A stretch of DNA of 64,000 nucleotides, taken from positions 1,054,001 through 1,118,000 of the forward strand of contig NC_090368.1 in NCBI RefSeq assembly GCF_035084215.1, given 5' to 3'. The stretch is from Heptranchias perlo (lineage: Eukaryota). Both the position numbers and the translations under genes were made by a program. The notes beneath the pieces are model-generated. The model saw nothing but the letters and a program-made list of their open reading frames with translations. It ran no database searches and was not told where the DNA came from. Position 1 is the stretch's first letter, and each line of letters opens with the position of its first letter. Below, in pieces: positions 11,705 to 22,330 of the stretch.

Positions 11705-11801
11705 CTCCGGTGGGTTTGTATCCCTGCTGGTTGACTGGAGTCTCCAATCGGAACGGATTGTAACTGGGAAAAATCAGCAGCACCAGGGAGCAGGCTAAAA
11801 T
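11705..11801 (-). CDS. CREB3L4: CREB3L4 transmembrane exon (ILACSLVLLIFPSYNPFRLETPVNQQGYKPTG)
   Basis: ctcccag|ATT ... GGAG|gtatgg, 97 nt. CREB3-family transmembrane segment. Confidence 0.93.
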
Positions 11802-12034
11802 CTGGGAGACGGAAAGGAAAAAAAGGGAGTGAGTGATCGAGCCATGGATGGGCCTGTGGTTCTGGGCAGTAGGCGGTCACATTGATATCCCGTCAGGCAC
11901 AGCAACTGAGTTAAAGTTCCACAGTCAAGAAATATCAAAGTACGCAATCCACTTTTATTTTGCTTCTAACGATGAACTGTCACAGGCTGACCCAGACTGT
12001 TCACAACCTCGGCCTCCTATTTGACCCTGGGCTG

Positions 12035-12715
12035 AGCTTCTGACCCCATAATCTGCTCCATCACCAAGACCGCCGACTCCCACCGGTAACGTCGTCCGTC
12101 ACCATCCCCGCCTCAGCTCATCTGCTGCTGAAACCCTCATCCGTGCCTCCAGACTGGACTATTCCAATCCTCTCCTGGCCGGCCTCCCATCTTCCACCCT
12201 CCATAAACTTGAGCTCATCCAAAACTCTGCTGCCCCGTATCCTAACTTGCACCAAGTCCCGTTCACCCATCACCCCCTGTGCTCGCTGACCTACATTGGC
12301 TCCCAGTCCGGGAACGCCTCGATTATAAAATTCTCATCTTTGTTTTCAAATCCCTCCATGGCCTCGCCCCCTCCCTATCTCTGTAACCTCCTCCAGCCCT
12401 ATAACCCTCCGAGATCTCTGCGCTCCTCCAATTCTGGCCTCTTGCACATCCCCGATTTTAATCGCTCCACCATTGGCGGCCGTGCCTTCAGCTGCCTGGG
12501 CCCTAAGCTCTGGAATTCCCTCCCTAAACCTCTCCGCCTCTCTCTCCTCCTTTAAGACGCTCCTTAAAACCTACCTCTTTGGCCAAGCTTTTGGTCACCT
12601 GTCCTAATATCTTTATGTGGCTCGGTGTTAATTTTTGTCCGATAATCACTCCTGTGAAGCGCCTTGGGACATTTTACTGTGTTAAAGACACTGTATAAAT
12701 GGGAGTAGTTGTTGA
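12035..12715 (+). mobile_element. L2-like LINE 3' fragment
   Basis: RLDYSN.LLAGLP..LHKLELIQNSAA..GRAFSCLGPKLWNSLP motifs. Confidence 0.85.
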
Positions 12716-13153
12716 ATCATTAAATCAAATAAATGCTCGAGATGGATCAGTGGGTGAGAGGCCGGCCTGGTCCGGAGCTGAGCCCCACAGACCAGGAGAG
12801 CCCCGAGACTTGTCCCTCGATCCACGTCCAGTAAGCTGGTCTCAGCCAGGCCTGCAACTGGCCTCCGTGCCCTAGGTTAGGGAGCTGGTGGTGGGGAGAT
12901 CACTGCCCAGCGACCTGTGCATTAACATCAGGTGAGGGAAGGACTGGGCTCACCCGCTTTTCAAGTCTGGATCTTGACGGCGCGTGCCAGCCGGCTATTC
13001 GACTGTGTGGAGCACCACCGGCCGTGTGTGCTGAAGCCAATAATGTGGGACCAACTGCCGGGGTGGCTGAGATCCACACAGGTCAGGGACGACGAATGCC
13101 CACGGCCCCCTGCTCTGTACCACCAGCCTCTGGTCTTATTGACGAACACTCAC

Positions 13154-13238
13154 CATGACGCAGGTGCTGGTCTGCGCTGCTTTGTTCGACGTCTGTTTAA
13201 TCAGAGACTGCAACCGCCGCAGTTGCGTTATCAGAGAC
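13154..13238 (-). CDS. CREB3L4: CREB3L4 exon ([28 protein letters not shown])
   Basis: gtccctag|G...ATG|gtgagt, 85 nt. Covers the end of the leucine zipper and the QTSTC motif. Confidence 0.96.
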
Positions 13239-13334
13239 CTAGGGACAGGAGGAAGGGCCACAAAACATCAGCTATCGACCATTCTGCACCATCCCCTCCC
13301 AGTCACAACATTGTGTGCTCGAGCCTCCTCCAGG

Positions 13335-13797
13335 ATATAATCCAGGCTGACACTCTGAGGGACCCCCGCACTGTCGGAGGGTCAGTACTGAGGGACCCCC
13401 GCACTGTCGGAGGGTCAGTACTGAGGGACCCCCGCACTGTCGGAGGGTCAGTACTGAGGGAGCGCCGCACTGTCGGAGGGTCAGTACTGAGGGAGTGCTG
13501 CACCGTCGGAGGGTCAGTACTGAGGGAGTGCTGCACTGTCAGAGGGTCAGTACTGAGGGAGCGCCGCACTGTCGGAGGGTCAGTACTGAGGGAGTGCTGC
13601 ACTGTCGGAGGGTCAGTACTGAGGGAGTGCTGCACCGTCGGAGGGTCAGTACTGAGGGAGTGCTGCACTGTCAGAGGGTCAGTACTGAGGGAGTGCTGCA
13701 CTGTCAGAGGGTCAGTACTGAGGGAGTGCTGCACTGTCAGAGGGTCAGTGCTGAGGGAGCGCCGCACTGTCAGAGGGTCAGTACTGAGGGAGCGCAG
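13335..13797 (+). repeat. 33-bp minisatellite derived from the Deu-SINE unit (GGGTCAGTACTGAGGGAGTGCTGCACTGTCGGA), ~13 copies
   Basis: Preceded by the SINE lead-in TAATCCAGGCTGACACT; same unit as 10751-11103. Confidence 0.93.
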
Positions 13798-13994
13798 TGT
13801 TGGATCAATCACTAGTCCAAGAGTTATTCAGATTATTATTTACCAGGAGCACCCAGTGTGATACTGAGCCTGAGGTCCAGATTCGAACCCCAGTCAGTGT
13901 TGAGTCTGATTTCAGCCCACTTGGGTTGGGACTGTAGCCCAGTTAGAGTGAGCACTGAGAGTCAGGGTTAGAAGTGGCAGTGAAGGACACTCAC

Positions 13995-14063
13995 ACATTG
14001 TGATGTTCGAGCTGCAGCACTTGTTTCTGGAGGTCCTGATTCTGGGCTGTACACGCAGCAACC
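13995..14063 (-). CDS. CREB3L4: CREB3L4 leucine-zipper exon (VAACTAQNQDLQKQVLQLEHHN)
   Basis: cccccag|G...AATGT|gtgagt, 69 nt, phase 2 to 2. Confidence 0.96.
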
Positions 14064-14104
14064 CTGGGGGAACAAGAGAGGGGTTAGAGCACAGCGAACG
14101 GGAT

Positions 14105-14655
14105 CCCGCCCCTCGCCCGCTCTCTGACCCGCTCTCTGACCCGCCCCTCGCCCGCTCTCTGACCCGCCCCTCGCCCGCTCTCTGACCCGCCCCTCGCCCG
14201 CTCTCTGACCCGCCCCTCGCCCGCTCTCTGACCCGTCCCTCGCCCGCTCTCTGACCCGCCCCTCGCCCGCTCTCTGACCCGCCCCTCGCCCGCTCTCTGA
14301 CCCGCCCCTCGCCCGCTCTCTGACCCGCCCCTCGCCCGCTCTCTGACCCGCCCCTCGCCCGCTCTCTGACCCGCCCCTCGCCCGCTCTCTGACCCGCCCC
14401 TCGCCCGCTCTCTGACCCGCCCCTCGCCCGCTCTCTGACCCGCCCCTCGCCCGCTCTCTGACCCGCCCCTCGCCCGCTCTCTGACCCGCCCCTCGCCCGC
14501 TCTCTGACCCGCCCCTCGCCCGCTCTCTGACACGCCCCTCGCCCGCTCTCTGACACGCCCCTCGCCCGCTCTCTGACACGCCCCTCGCCCGCTCTCTGAC
14601 ACGCCCCTCGCACGCTCTCAGAGTCAGGCACCGCCCCTCGCCCGCTCTCTGACCC
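14105..14655. repeat. Minisatellite, 23-bp unit (CGCCCCTCGCCCGCTCTCTGACC)
   Basis: About 23 copies filling almost the whole intron. Confidence 0.97.
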
Positions 14656-14666
14656 CAGCCCCTCAC

Positions 14667-14773
14667 CTGCTCTCTAACCCATCAATGTACTCCTTCTTTC
14701 TCCGCCGACTCTCCTGAGCTGACTGCTTGTTCCGGATCTTTCTCCGGACCTTCTTCAAAATCCGCTCCTCTGC
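14667..14773 (-). CDS. CREB3L4: CREB3L4 bZIP basic-region exon ([35 protein letters not shown](R))
   Basis: Canonical CREB3-family basic region. ttccccag|GCA ... AG|gtgagg, 107 nt. Confidence 0.98.
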
Positions 14774-14874
14774 CTGGGGAAAAGAGGAGAGAACACCAAG
14801 CTTGGTATTTATGTCTGTAAGTTGTAGGAGGAAGGGCAGGTGTGAAGTTCCCAAATTTGAGGCCCAGGGAAAGC

Positions 14875-15557
14875 CCTGAGATGAGCTTCTGACCCCATAT
14901 CCACGATCACCAAGACCGCCTACCTCTGTAACATCGCCCGTCTCCGCCCCTGCCTCAGCTCATCTGCTGCTGAAACCCTCAATCATTGCCTTTGTTACTT
15001 CTAGACTGGACTATTCCAATCCTCTCCTGGCTGACCTCCCATCTTCCACCTTCCATAAACTTGAGCTCATCCAAAACTCTATTGCCCGTATCCTAACTTG
15101 CACCAAGTCCCGTTCACCCATCACCCCCTGTGCTCACTGACCTACATTGGCTCCCAGTCCAGCAATGCCTTGATTTTAAAATTCCCATCCTTGTGTTCAA
15201 ATCCCTCCATGGCCCTCGCCCCTCCCTATCTCTGTGACCTCCTCCAGCCCTACAACCCTCCTAGATCTCTGCGCTCCTCCAATTCTGGCCTCTTGCGCAT
15301 CCCCCAATTCCCATCGCTCCACCATTGGCGGCCGTGTCTTCAGCCGCCTGGGCCCTAAGCTCTGGAATTCCCTCCCTAAACCTCTCCACCTCTCTCTCCT
15401 CCTTCAAGACGCTCCTTAAAACCTCCCTCTTTGACCGAGCTTTTGGTCACCTGTCCTAATATCTGGCGTCAAATTTTGTTTGATAATCGCTCCTGTGAAG
15501 CACCTTGGGACGTTTTACTACGTTAAAAGGTGCTGTATAAATGGGAGGAGTTGTTGA
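14875..15557 (+). mobile_element. L2-like LINE 3' fragment
   Basis: Near-identical to 12035-12715. Confidence 0.85.
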
Positions 15558-15907
15558 AATGGTCAGTAGGACTGCCCTGATGCAAGAAGGAGGGGGTGCT
15601 ATTGCCACCAACTTAGAAATTGGATAGCCAGGAGGTGAAGGATGGAATACTAGAGCCTGGTCTTCAGTTGCTTCCAAACCTTTATTCACAGAGCTCCACA
15701 TTACACCCGCCCCACACCCTCGATCAGCTCTCTTATAAATGGACATGAGACGCCCCAGTTGATACCCACCACCTGAATACAATTAACACTAATTGATATA
15801 AATCATTAACAATTAACAAGCAGGTGGGTTTTAGTAAGAGAAAAGCTGGCGGCTGAGTCTGTACCAATCTCTCCCGGACAGGTTATGGACGTCTGACAAA
15901 CTTCACA

Positions 15908-16230
15908 CGCTGCTCACACACACTGGCACCTGCTCTCACACACTGGCACCTGCTCACACACACTGGCACCTGCTCACACACACTGGCACCTGCTCTCACA
16001 CACTGGCACCTGCTCACACACACTGGCACCTGCTCACACACTGGCACCTGCTCACACACACTGGCACCTGCTCACACACTGGCACCTGCTCACACACACT
16101 GGCACCTGCTCTCACACACTGGCACCTGCTCACACACACTGGCACCTGCTCACACACACTGGCACCTGCTCTCACACACTGGCACCTGCTCTCACACACT
16201 GGCACCTGCTCACACACACTGGCACCTGCT
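15908..16230. repeat. Minisatellite, 18-20 bp unit (CACACACTGGCACCTGCTCA)
   Basis: Tandem copies. Confidence 0.96.
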
Positions 16231-16339
16231 ACTTGTAACCGGGTGATGAGCAGCCATCATTGTCCAGGTGATAAGGCCCTGGTAACAGGACACACACTGA
16301 GCCCAACACAAGGGTCACGAGGCTCCGGTCCCTGCCATT

Positions 16340-16797
16340 GACCCCCTCGATCCCTCCCGTCAACCCCTCGATCCTTCCGTTATCCCCTCGACCCCTCCCG
16401 TTAACCCCTCGATCCTCCCGTTATCCCCTCGATCTCTCCCGTTATCCCCTCGATGCCTGCCGTAAACCCCTCGATCCCTCCGTAAACCCCTCGATCCCTC
16501 CGTAAACCCCTCGATCCCTCCGTAAACCCCTCGATGCCTGCCGTAAACCCCTCGATCCCTCCGTAAACCCCTCGATGCCTGCCGTAAACCCCTCGATCCC
16601 TCCGTAAACCCCTCGATCCCTCCGTAAACCCCTCGATGCCTGCCGTAAACCCCTCGATCCCTCCGTAAACCCCTCGATCCCTCCGTAAACCCCTCGATCC
16701 CTCCGTAAACCCCTCGATGCCTGCCGTAAACCCCTCGATCCCTCCGTTAACCTCTCGATCCCTCCGTTAACCCCTCGATCGCTCCGTTAACCCCTTG
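16340..16797. repeat. Minisatellite, ~20-bp unit (CCGTAAACCCCTCGATCCCT)
   Basis: Tandem copies. Confidence 0.95.
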
Positions 16798-16838
16798 AAC
16801 CCTGCCCCCTGTGTCTGGTGAAGGGGGTGACCCATTAC

Positions 16839-16928
16839 CTTGGTCAGAGGCAGGTTGCTGGGCAGGACAATCCCCTCTTGATTCAGGAGTCGTTTCTCCT
16901 CCTCGGTCAGCGACAGGTCTGGGAAATG
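16839..16928 (-). CDS. CREB3L4: CREB3L4 exon, ATB region (HFPDLSLTEEEKRLLNQEGIVLPSNLPLTK)
   Basis: Conserved LTEEEKRLL.QEG..LP..LPLTK motif. cacag|CAT ... AAG|gtaatg, 90 nt. Confidence 0.97.
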
Positions 16929-17094
16929 CTGTGAAACCACAGAAAGCAGAATGAAGCTGAGCTCATCCCCCAGCACCAGGTCACATCCTGCACATCGTCG
17001 AAAGCGTTCTCCACCCTCAACCTGGCTCCATACCCCCCCCTCCTCCAGGGGAGAGAACCTAGTCCCACACACTTCCCAGTTCCCCCACCCGCCC

Positions 17095-17787
17095 TCCTCT
17101 CCTGAAGGTGCTGACTCTCACTGGGGTACGGGTCCCCTCCTCTCCTGAAGGTGCCGACTCTCACTGGGGTACAGGTCCCCTCCTCTCCTGAAGGTGCTGA
17201 CTCTCACTGGGGTACGGATCCCCTCCTCTCCTGAAGGTGCTGACTCTCACTGGGGTACAGGTCCCCTCCTCTCCTGAAGGTGCTGACTCTCACTGGGGTA
17301 CGGATCCCCTCCTCTCCTGAAGGTGCTGACTCTCACTGGGGTATGGGTCCCCTCCTCTCCTGAAGGTGCTGACTCTCACTGGGGTACGGGTCCCCTCCTC
17401 TCGTGAAGGTGCTGACTCTCACTGGGGTACGGGTCCCCTCCTCTCCTGAAGGTGCTGACTCTCCCTGGGGTACGGGTCCCCTCCTCTCCTGAAGGTGCTG
17501 ACTCTCACTGGGGTACAGGTCCCCTCCTCTCCTGAAGGTGCTGACTCTCACTGGGGTACGGGTCCCCTCCTCTCCTGAAGGTGCTGACTCTCCCTGGGGT
17601 ACGGGTCCCCTCCTCTCCTGAAGGTGCTGACTCTCACTGGGGTACGGGTCCCCTCCTCTCCTGAAGGTGCTGACTCTCACTGGGGTACGGGTCCCCTCCT
17701 CTCCTGAAGGTGCTGACTCTCCCTGGGGTACGGGTCCCCTCCTCTCCTGAAGGTGCTGACTCTCACTGGGGTACAGGTCCCCTCCTG
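17095..17787. repeat. Minisatellite, 43-bp unit (CCTCTCCTGAAGGTGCTGACTCTCACTGGGGTACGGGTCCCCT), ~16 copies
   Basis: Tandem copies. Confidence 0.97.
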
Positions 17788-17839
17788 TCCTGGGTCATTG
17801 TTGACGTTGTTTCTCAAGTTCTGCCTCCTGCCCCCGTAC

Positions 17840-17982
17840 CATGAGGCTGTCCGTGATGTCTGTGTCACTGTCTGAGGTGGTGAGTGGCCGCTTCCCGCTG
17901 CTCTTCCCGGCTGTAGCTGTGAGCCGCGGCACAGTGTCCACGATACAAGCTTCCGGTATCAGCATCTGGGCGTTCCAACCAC
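17840..17982 (-). CDS. CREB3L4: CREB3L4 exon (GWNAQMLIPEACIVDTVP...DITDSLM)
   Basis: gctgcag|GT ... ATG|gtacgg, 143 nt, phase 1 to 0, fits the flanking exons. W...M.P..C.V pattern of CREB3L4. Confidence 0.88.
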
Positions 17983-18054
17983 CTGCAGCACACAACAAAA
18001 GATCTCTCAGTCACTCATTTCCCCTCTCCTTCTCTGTCAGAGGTCCCGAGTGTC

Positions 18055-18866
18055 GCTGGGGTATGGATTCCCCACGGACACCGACTCTCCCCTGGGGTAC
18101 GGATTCCCCACGGACACAGACTCTCCCCTGGGGTACGGATTCCCCACGGACACTGACTCTCCCCTGGGGTACGGATTCCCCATTGACACCGACTCTCCCC
18201 TGGGGTACGGATTCCCCATTGACACCGACTCTCCCCTGGGGTACGGATTCCCCATTGACACCGACTCTCCCCTGGGGTACGGATTCCCCACGGATACCGA
18301 CTCTCCCCTGGGGTACGGATTCCCCACGGACACTGACTCTCCCCTGGGGTACGGATTCCCCACGGACACCGACTCTCCCCTGGGGTACGGATTCCCCACG
18401 GATACCGACTCTCCCCTGGGGTACGGATTCCCCACGGACACCGACTCTCCCCTGGGGTACGGATTCCCCACGGACACTGACTCTCCCCTGGGGTACGGAT
18501 TCCCCACGGACACTGACTCTCCCCTGGGGTACGGATTCCCCACGGACACTGACTCTCCCCTGGGGTACGGATTCCCCATTGACACCGACTCTCCCCTGGG
18601 GTACGGATTCCCCACGGACACTGACTCTCCCCTGGGGTACGGATTCCCCATTGACACAGACTCTCCCCTGGGGTACGGATTCCCCACGGACACCGACTCT
18701 CCCCTGGGGTACGGATTCCCCACGGACACAGACCCTCCCCTGGGGCACGGATTCCCCACGGACACAGATTCTCCCCTGGGGTACGGATTCCCCACGGACA
18801 CCGACTCTCCCCTGGGGTACGGATTCCCCACGGACACAGACCCTCCCCTGGGGTACGGATTCCCCA
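18055..18866. repeat. Minisatellite, 36-bp unit (GACTCTCCCCTGGGGTACGGATTCCCCACGGACACC), ~22 copies
   Basis: Tandem copies. Confidence 0.97.
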
Positions 18867-18904
18867 GGGGCGTTGCCCTCTGGTACCTCACCCAAATGAA
18901 CATT

Positions 18905-19165
18905 CCTCACACATACACACATGCACATGAGCACACACACATGCAAGCACACACATGAGCACGCACACGCACGAGTGCACACACACAGGTACACACGTAA
19001 GCACGAGCGCACACACGCTCACACGAGCATTCACACATGCACACGCAAGCACGAGCGCACATGTGCACACATACACCCGGGAAATCCACAGACACACGCA
19101 CACACTTGCGCACACATCCCTGCACACCTGCACGTGCAAGTGCACACACACACACATACATGACC
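18905..19165. repeat. Degenerate (CA)n/(CACG) microsatellite
   Basis: Low complexity. Confidence 0.85.
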
Positions 19166-19578
19166 ATTTCAACACACAATCGCTTCCCAACAGGGGCCTC
19201 AGGATAACAAGGCCAATTGTAACCCCTCCCCTGCGTCAATGGAGATTGGCCAAGTCAGCCCAGACCATGGACAGAGCCTGTGCCCTTCCTGCTGTGTGTG
19301 ACTCAGTACCACGGTAGATGGTGCACTCAGACACCTGGGCTTCAGGGGCGGCAGCACTAACCCCTGACCCCGGCCCCAGCTCCTGACCTCCACCCTGGGC
19401 CCCTGACCCCCAGTTCCCAACCCCAACCCAGACCCCCCCACCCAGACACCAGCCTCTGACCCCAGTCCCCGACCCCAGCCCCCTGACCCGACCCCGGCCC
19501 CCCGATCTGACTCCTACTCAGGCCCCAGCCCCCTGACCCCAACCCCTAACCCCGGCCCCCCGTGCTTGGTTCACTGAC

Positions 19579-19849
19579 CGAGCTCGATCGATACCAGGTC
19601 CGAGCCGCCCGGCATCTCTTCCGATTTCACTGTGTCCATCACACTGACGCCGTACACAACCTGGTAGAGTGCGGGAGGACTGCGGTCCAGTGGCCCCGGG
19701 TTACTGTGCTGTGGGCTGTCTGGCCTCTGGTCGTCTGAGATGCCGCTGTCTGTCTCGGAGGCCGATTCTGCCGGATTGTTGCTGCTGTAAACCTCGTTGG
19801 GGTTAATCATCATCTGTAACGCGTCCTCTGACTCACTCTCATTCATACC
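19579..19849 (-). CDS. CREB3L4: CREB3L4 exon (GMNESESEDALQMMINPNEVY...SETDSGISDD...LYQVVY...DLVSIEL)
   Basis: Conserved I.PNEVY, DSGIS and LY.VVY motifs. ttgcag|GGT ... CTCG|gtcagt, 271 nt. Confidence 0.94.
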
Positions 19850-19894
19850 CTGCAAGGGAGAGACGTCAGCCTGAGACAGAACTCACTGCCAGCA

Positions 19895-20110
19895 ACACCT
19901 CCCATTTATACAGCGCCTTTAACATAGTAAAATGGTCCAAGGGGCTTCACAGGAGAATAAATCAGACAAAAATTGACACTGAGTCACATCAGGAGATATT
20001 GGGACAGGTGACCAAAAGCTTGGTCATAGAGGGAGGTTTTAAGGAGCTTCTTAAAGGAGGAGAGAGAGGCGGAGAGGTTTAGGGAGGGAATTCCAGAGAT
20101 TAGGGCCCAG
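19895..20110 (-). mobile_element. L2-like LINE 3' tail fragment
   Basis: Reverse complement of the 3' end seen at ~12500-12710. Confidence 0.8.
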
Positions 20111-20136
20111 ATAGTGTAGCGTACAGCGTATCTCCA

Positions 20137-20915
20137 CCCCGTATCTCTACCCCGGGGTATTGGGGTCACCGTATCTCTACCCCGGGGTATTGGGTTCACC
20201 GTATCTCTACCCCGGGGTATTGGGGTCCCCGTATCTCTACCCCGGGGTATTGGGTTCACCGTATCTCTACCCCGGGGTATTGGATTCACCGTATCTCTAC
20301 CCCGGGGTATTGGATTCACCGTATCTCTACCCCGGGGTATTGGGGTCACCGTATCTCTACCCCGGGGTATTGGGGTCACCGTATCTCTACCCCGGGGTAT
20401 TGGGGTCCCCGTATCCTTACCCCGGGGTATTGGGTTCCCTGTATCTCTACCCTGGAGTATTGGATTCACCGTATCTCTACCCCGGGGTATTGGGGTCACC
20501 GTATCTCTACCCTGGAGTATTGGGTTCACCGTATCTCTACCCCGGGGTATTGGGTTCACCGTATCTCTACCCCGGGGTATTGGGTTCACCGTATCTCTAC
20601 CCCGGGGTATTGGGTTCACCGTATCTCTACCCCGGGGTATTGGGGTCCCCGTATCTCTACCCCGGGGTATTGGGTTCACCGTATCTCTACCCCGGGGTAT
20701 TGGGTTCACCGTATCTCTACCCCGGGGTATTGGGTTCACCGTATCTCTACCCCGGGGTATTGGGTTCACCGTATCTCTACCTCGGGGTATTGGGTTCACC
20801 GTATCTCTACCCCGGGGTATTGGGTTCACCGTATCTCTACCTCGGGGTATTGGGTTCACCGTATCTCTACCCCGGGGTATTGGGTTCCCTGTACCTCTAC
20901 CCCGGGGTATTGGGG
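20137..20915. repeat. Minisatellite, 30-bp unit (GTATCTCTACCCCGGGGTATTGGGTTCACC), ~26 copies
   Basis: Tandem copies. Confidence 0.97.
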
Positions 20916-20962
20916 TGTATGTGAATGGCACAATCTGCCTCGCACCTGACTGCACCACTCAC

Positions 20963-21127
20963 ACTGCCTCTGGTTACCGACCATTCCTCCATCAGCTTTT
21001 CACCAATTGTGCAATTATTTTCCTGTGCAGGAAATGTGCTGTTGGATCCAGAATATCCACTTTCCAGGAAAATTCCCTCCTGCTGCTCATAATAAACGCC
21101 CAACAGCTCCTGATTCCCAGGGTCCAT
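20963..21127 (-). CDS. CREB3L4: CREB3L4 first coding exon (MDPGNQELLGVYYEQQEGIF...WSVTRGS); exon acceptor at 21138
   Basis: Acidic N-terminal activation region. tttcag|GTATTTAAAGAATG and AGT|gtgagt. In frame with downstream exons; total ~474 aa. Confidence 0.88.
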
Positions 21128-21203
21128 TCTTTAAATACCTGAAACAATTTATAGAATAATTACCTCTTTCAGCTTAGCTTTCCTGGTGTAAATTCCCCCG
21201 TGT

Positions 21204-21787
21204 AAACACTCCCAGGGCAAGTACAGCACGGGTTAGATACAGAGTAAAGCTCCCTCTACACTGTCCCGTCAAACACTCCCAGGGCAGGTACAGCACGGGT
21301 TAGATACAGAGTAAAGCTCCCTCTACACTGTCCCATCAAACACTCCCAGGGCAGGTACAGGGTTAGATACAGAGTAAAGCTCCCTCTACACTGTCCCATC
21401 AAACACTCCCAGGGCAGGTACAGCACGGGTTAGATACAGAGTAAAGCTCCCTCTACACTGTCCCATCAAACATTCCCAGGGCAGGTACAGCACGGGTTAG
21501 ATACAGAGTAAAGCTCCCTGTACACCATCCCATCAAACACTCCCAGGGCAGGTACAGCACGGGTTAGATACAGAGTAAAGCTCCCTCTACACTGTCCCAT
21601 CAAACACTCCCAGGGCAGGTACAGGGTTAGATACAGAGTAAAGCTCCCTCCACACTGTCCCATCAAACACTCCCAGGGCAGGTACAGGGTTAGATACAGA
21701 GTAAAGCTCCCTCTACACTGTCCCATCAAACACTCCCAGGGCAGGTACAGGGTTAGATACAGAGTAAAGCTCCCTCTACACTGTCCC
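21204..21787. repeat. Dispersed 61/66-bp tandem repeat, ~9 copies
   Basis: Same unit as 1530-1780. Confidence 0.96.
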
Positions 21788-22330
21788 AAAAATGTGCCTT
21801 GATTCTGAACTGTAATACTTCTATGTCCCTGTGGCCTTTCCATGTGAGACTGGAGATTTGTGTTGTGTACTTGCCCTCAATAGGGAGTACGATAAAATCT
21901 TTCCACAGAGCATCTTGCATCGTGCAGCGTGCTGAGACTTTCATCCGCTCTGTCTGGAGAGCTTCAGAGCACAAGTCCTGGAGGTGAAATCAAATGTCGA
22001 GACACTGACCCACTGAGTCCTGCTCTGGAAACACAAAGCATCAATGGCACTCAACAACAGAGTAGTACAAATAGTCCCAGTAAGGAATGGGTCAGGAGAT
22101 CGCAGGGTCAGGGGGCACTGATGATAGAAACACTTTAAAGGCATATTTCAAATTTTAGAATATAAATAACAGGCCAAACAAATAATTTTCGGGGATTTTA
22201 TTATCAACGACAAGAAATGAAATGAATTCCACCATAGTTTTCATGCCGAAACACAGCAACTATTGCACCCAATTGTTCCCAGATTAACTGCAAATCATAA
22301 CTGCATTCTCATGGCTGACCCGAGCCAAGT

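Noticed and set aside
19355-19560. Telomere-like CTAACCC/CTGACCC tract
   Set aside because: Only scattered degenerate units; this is C-rich low complexity, not an interstitial telomere array.
17841-20958. 300-350 aa repetitive ORFs in several frames
   Set aside because: Unit lengths divisible by 3 (36 and 30 bp) leave frames open on both strands. They are intronic to CREB3L4.
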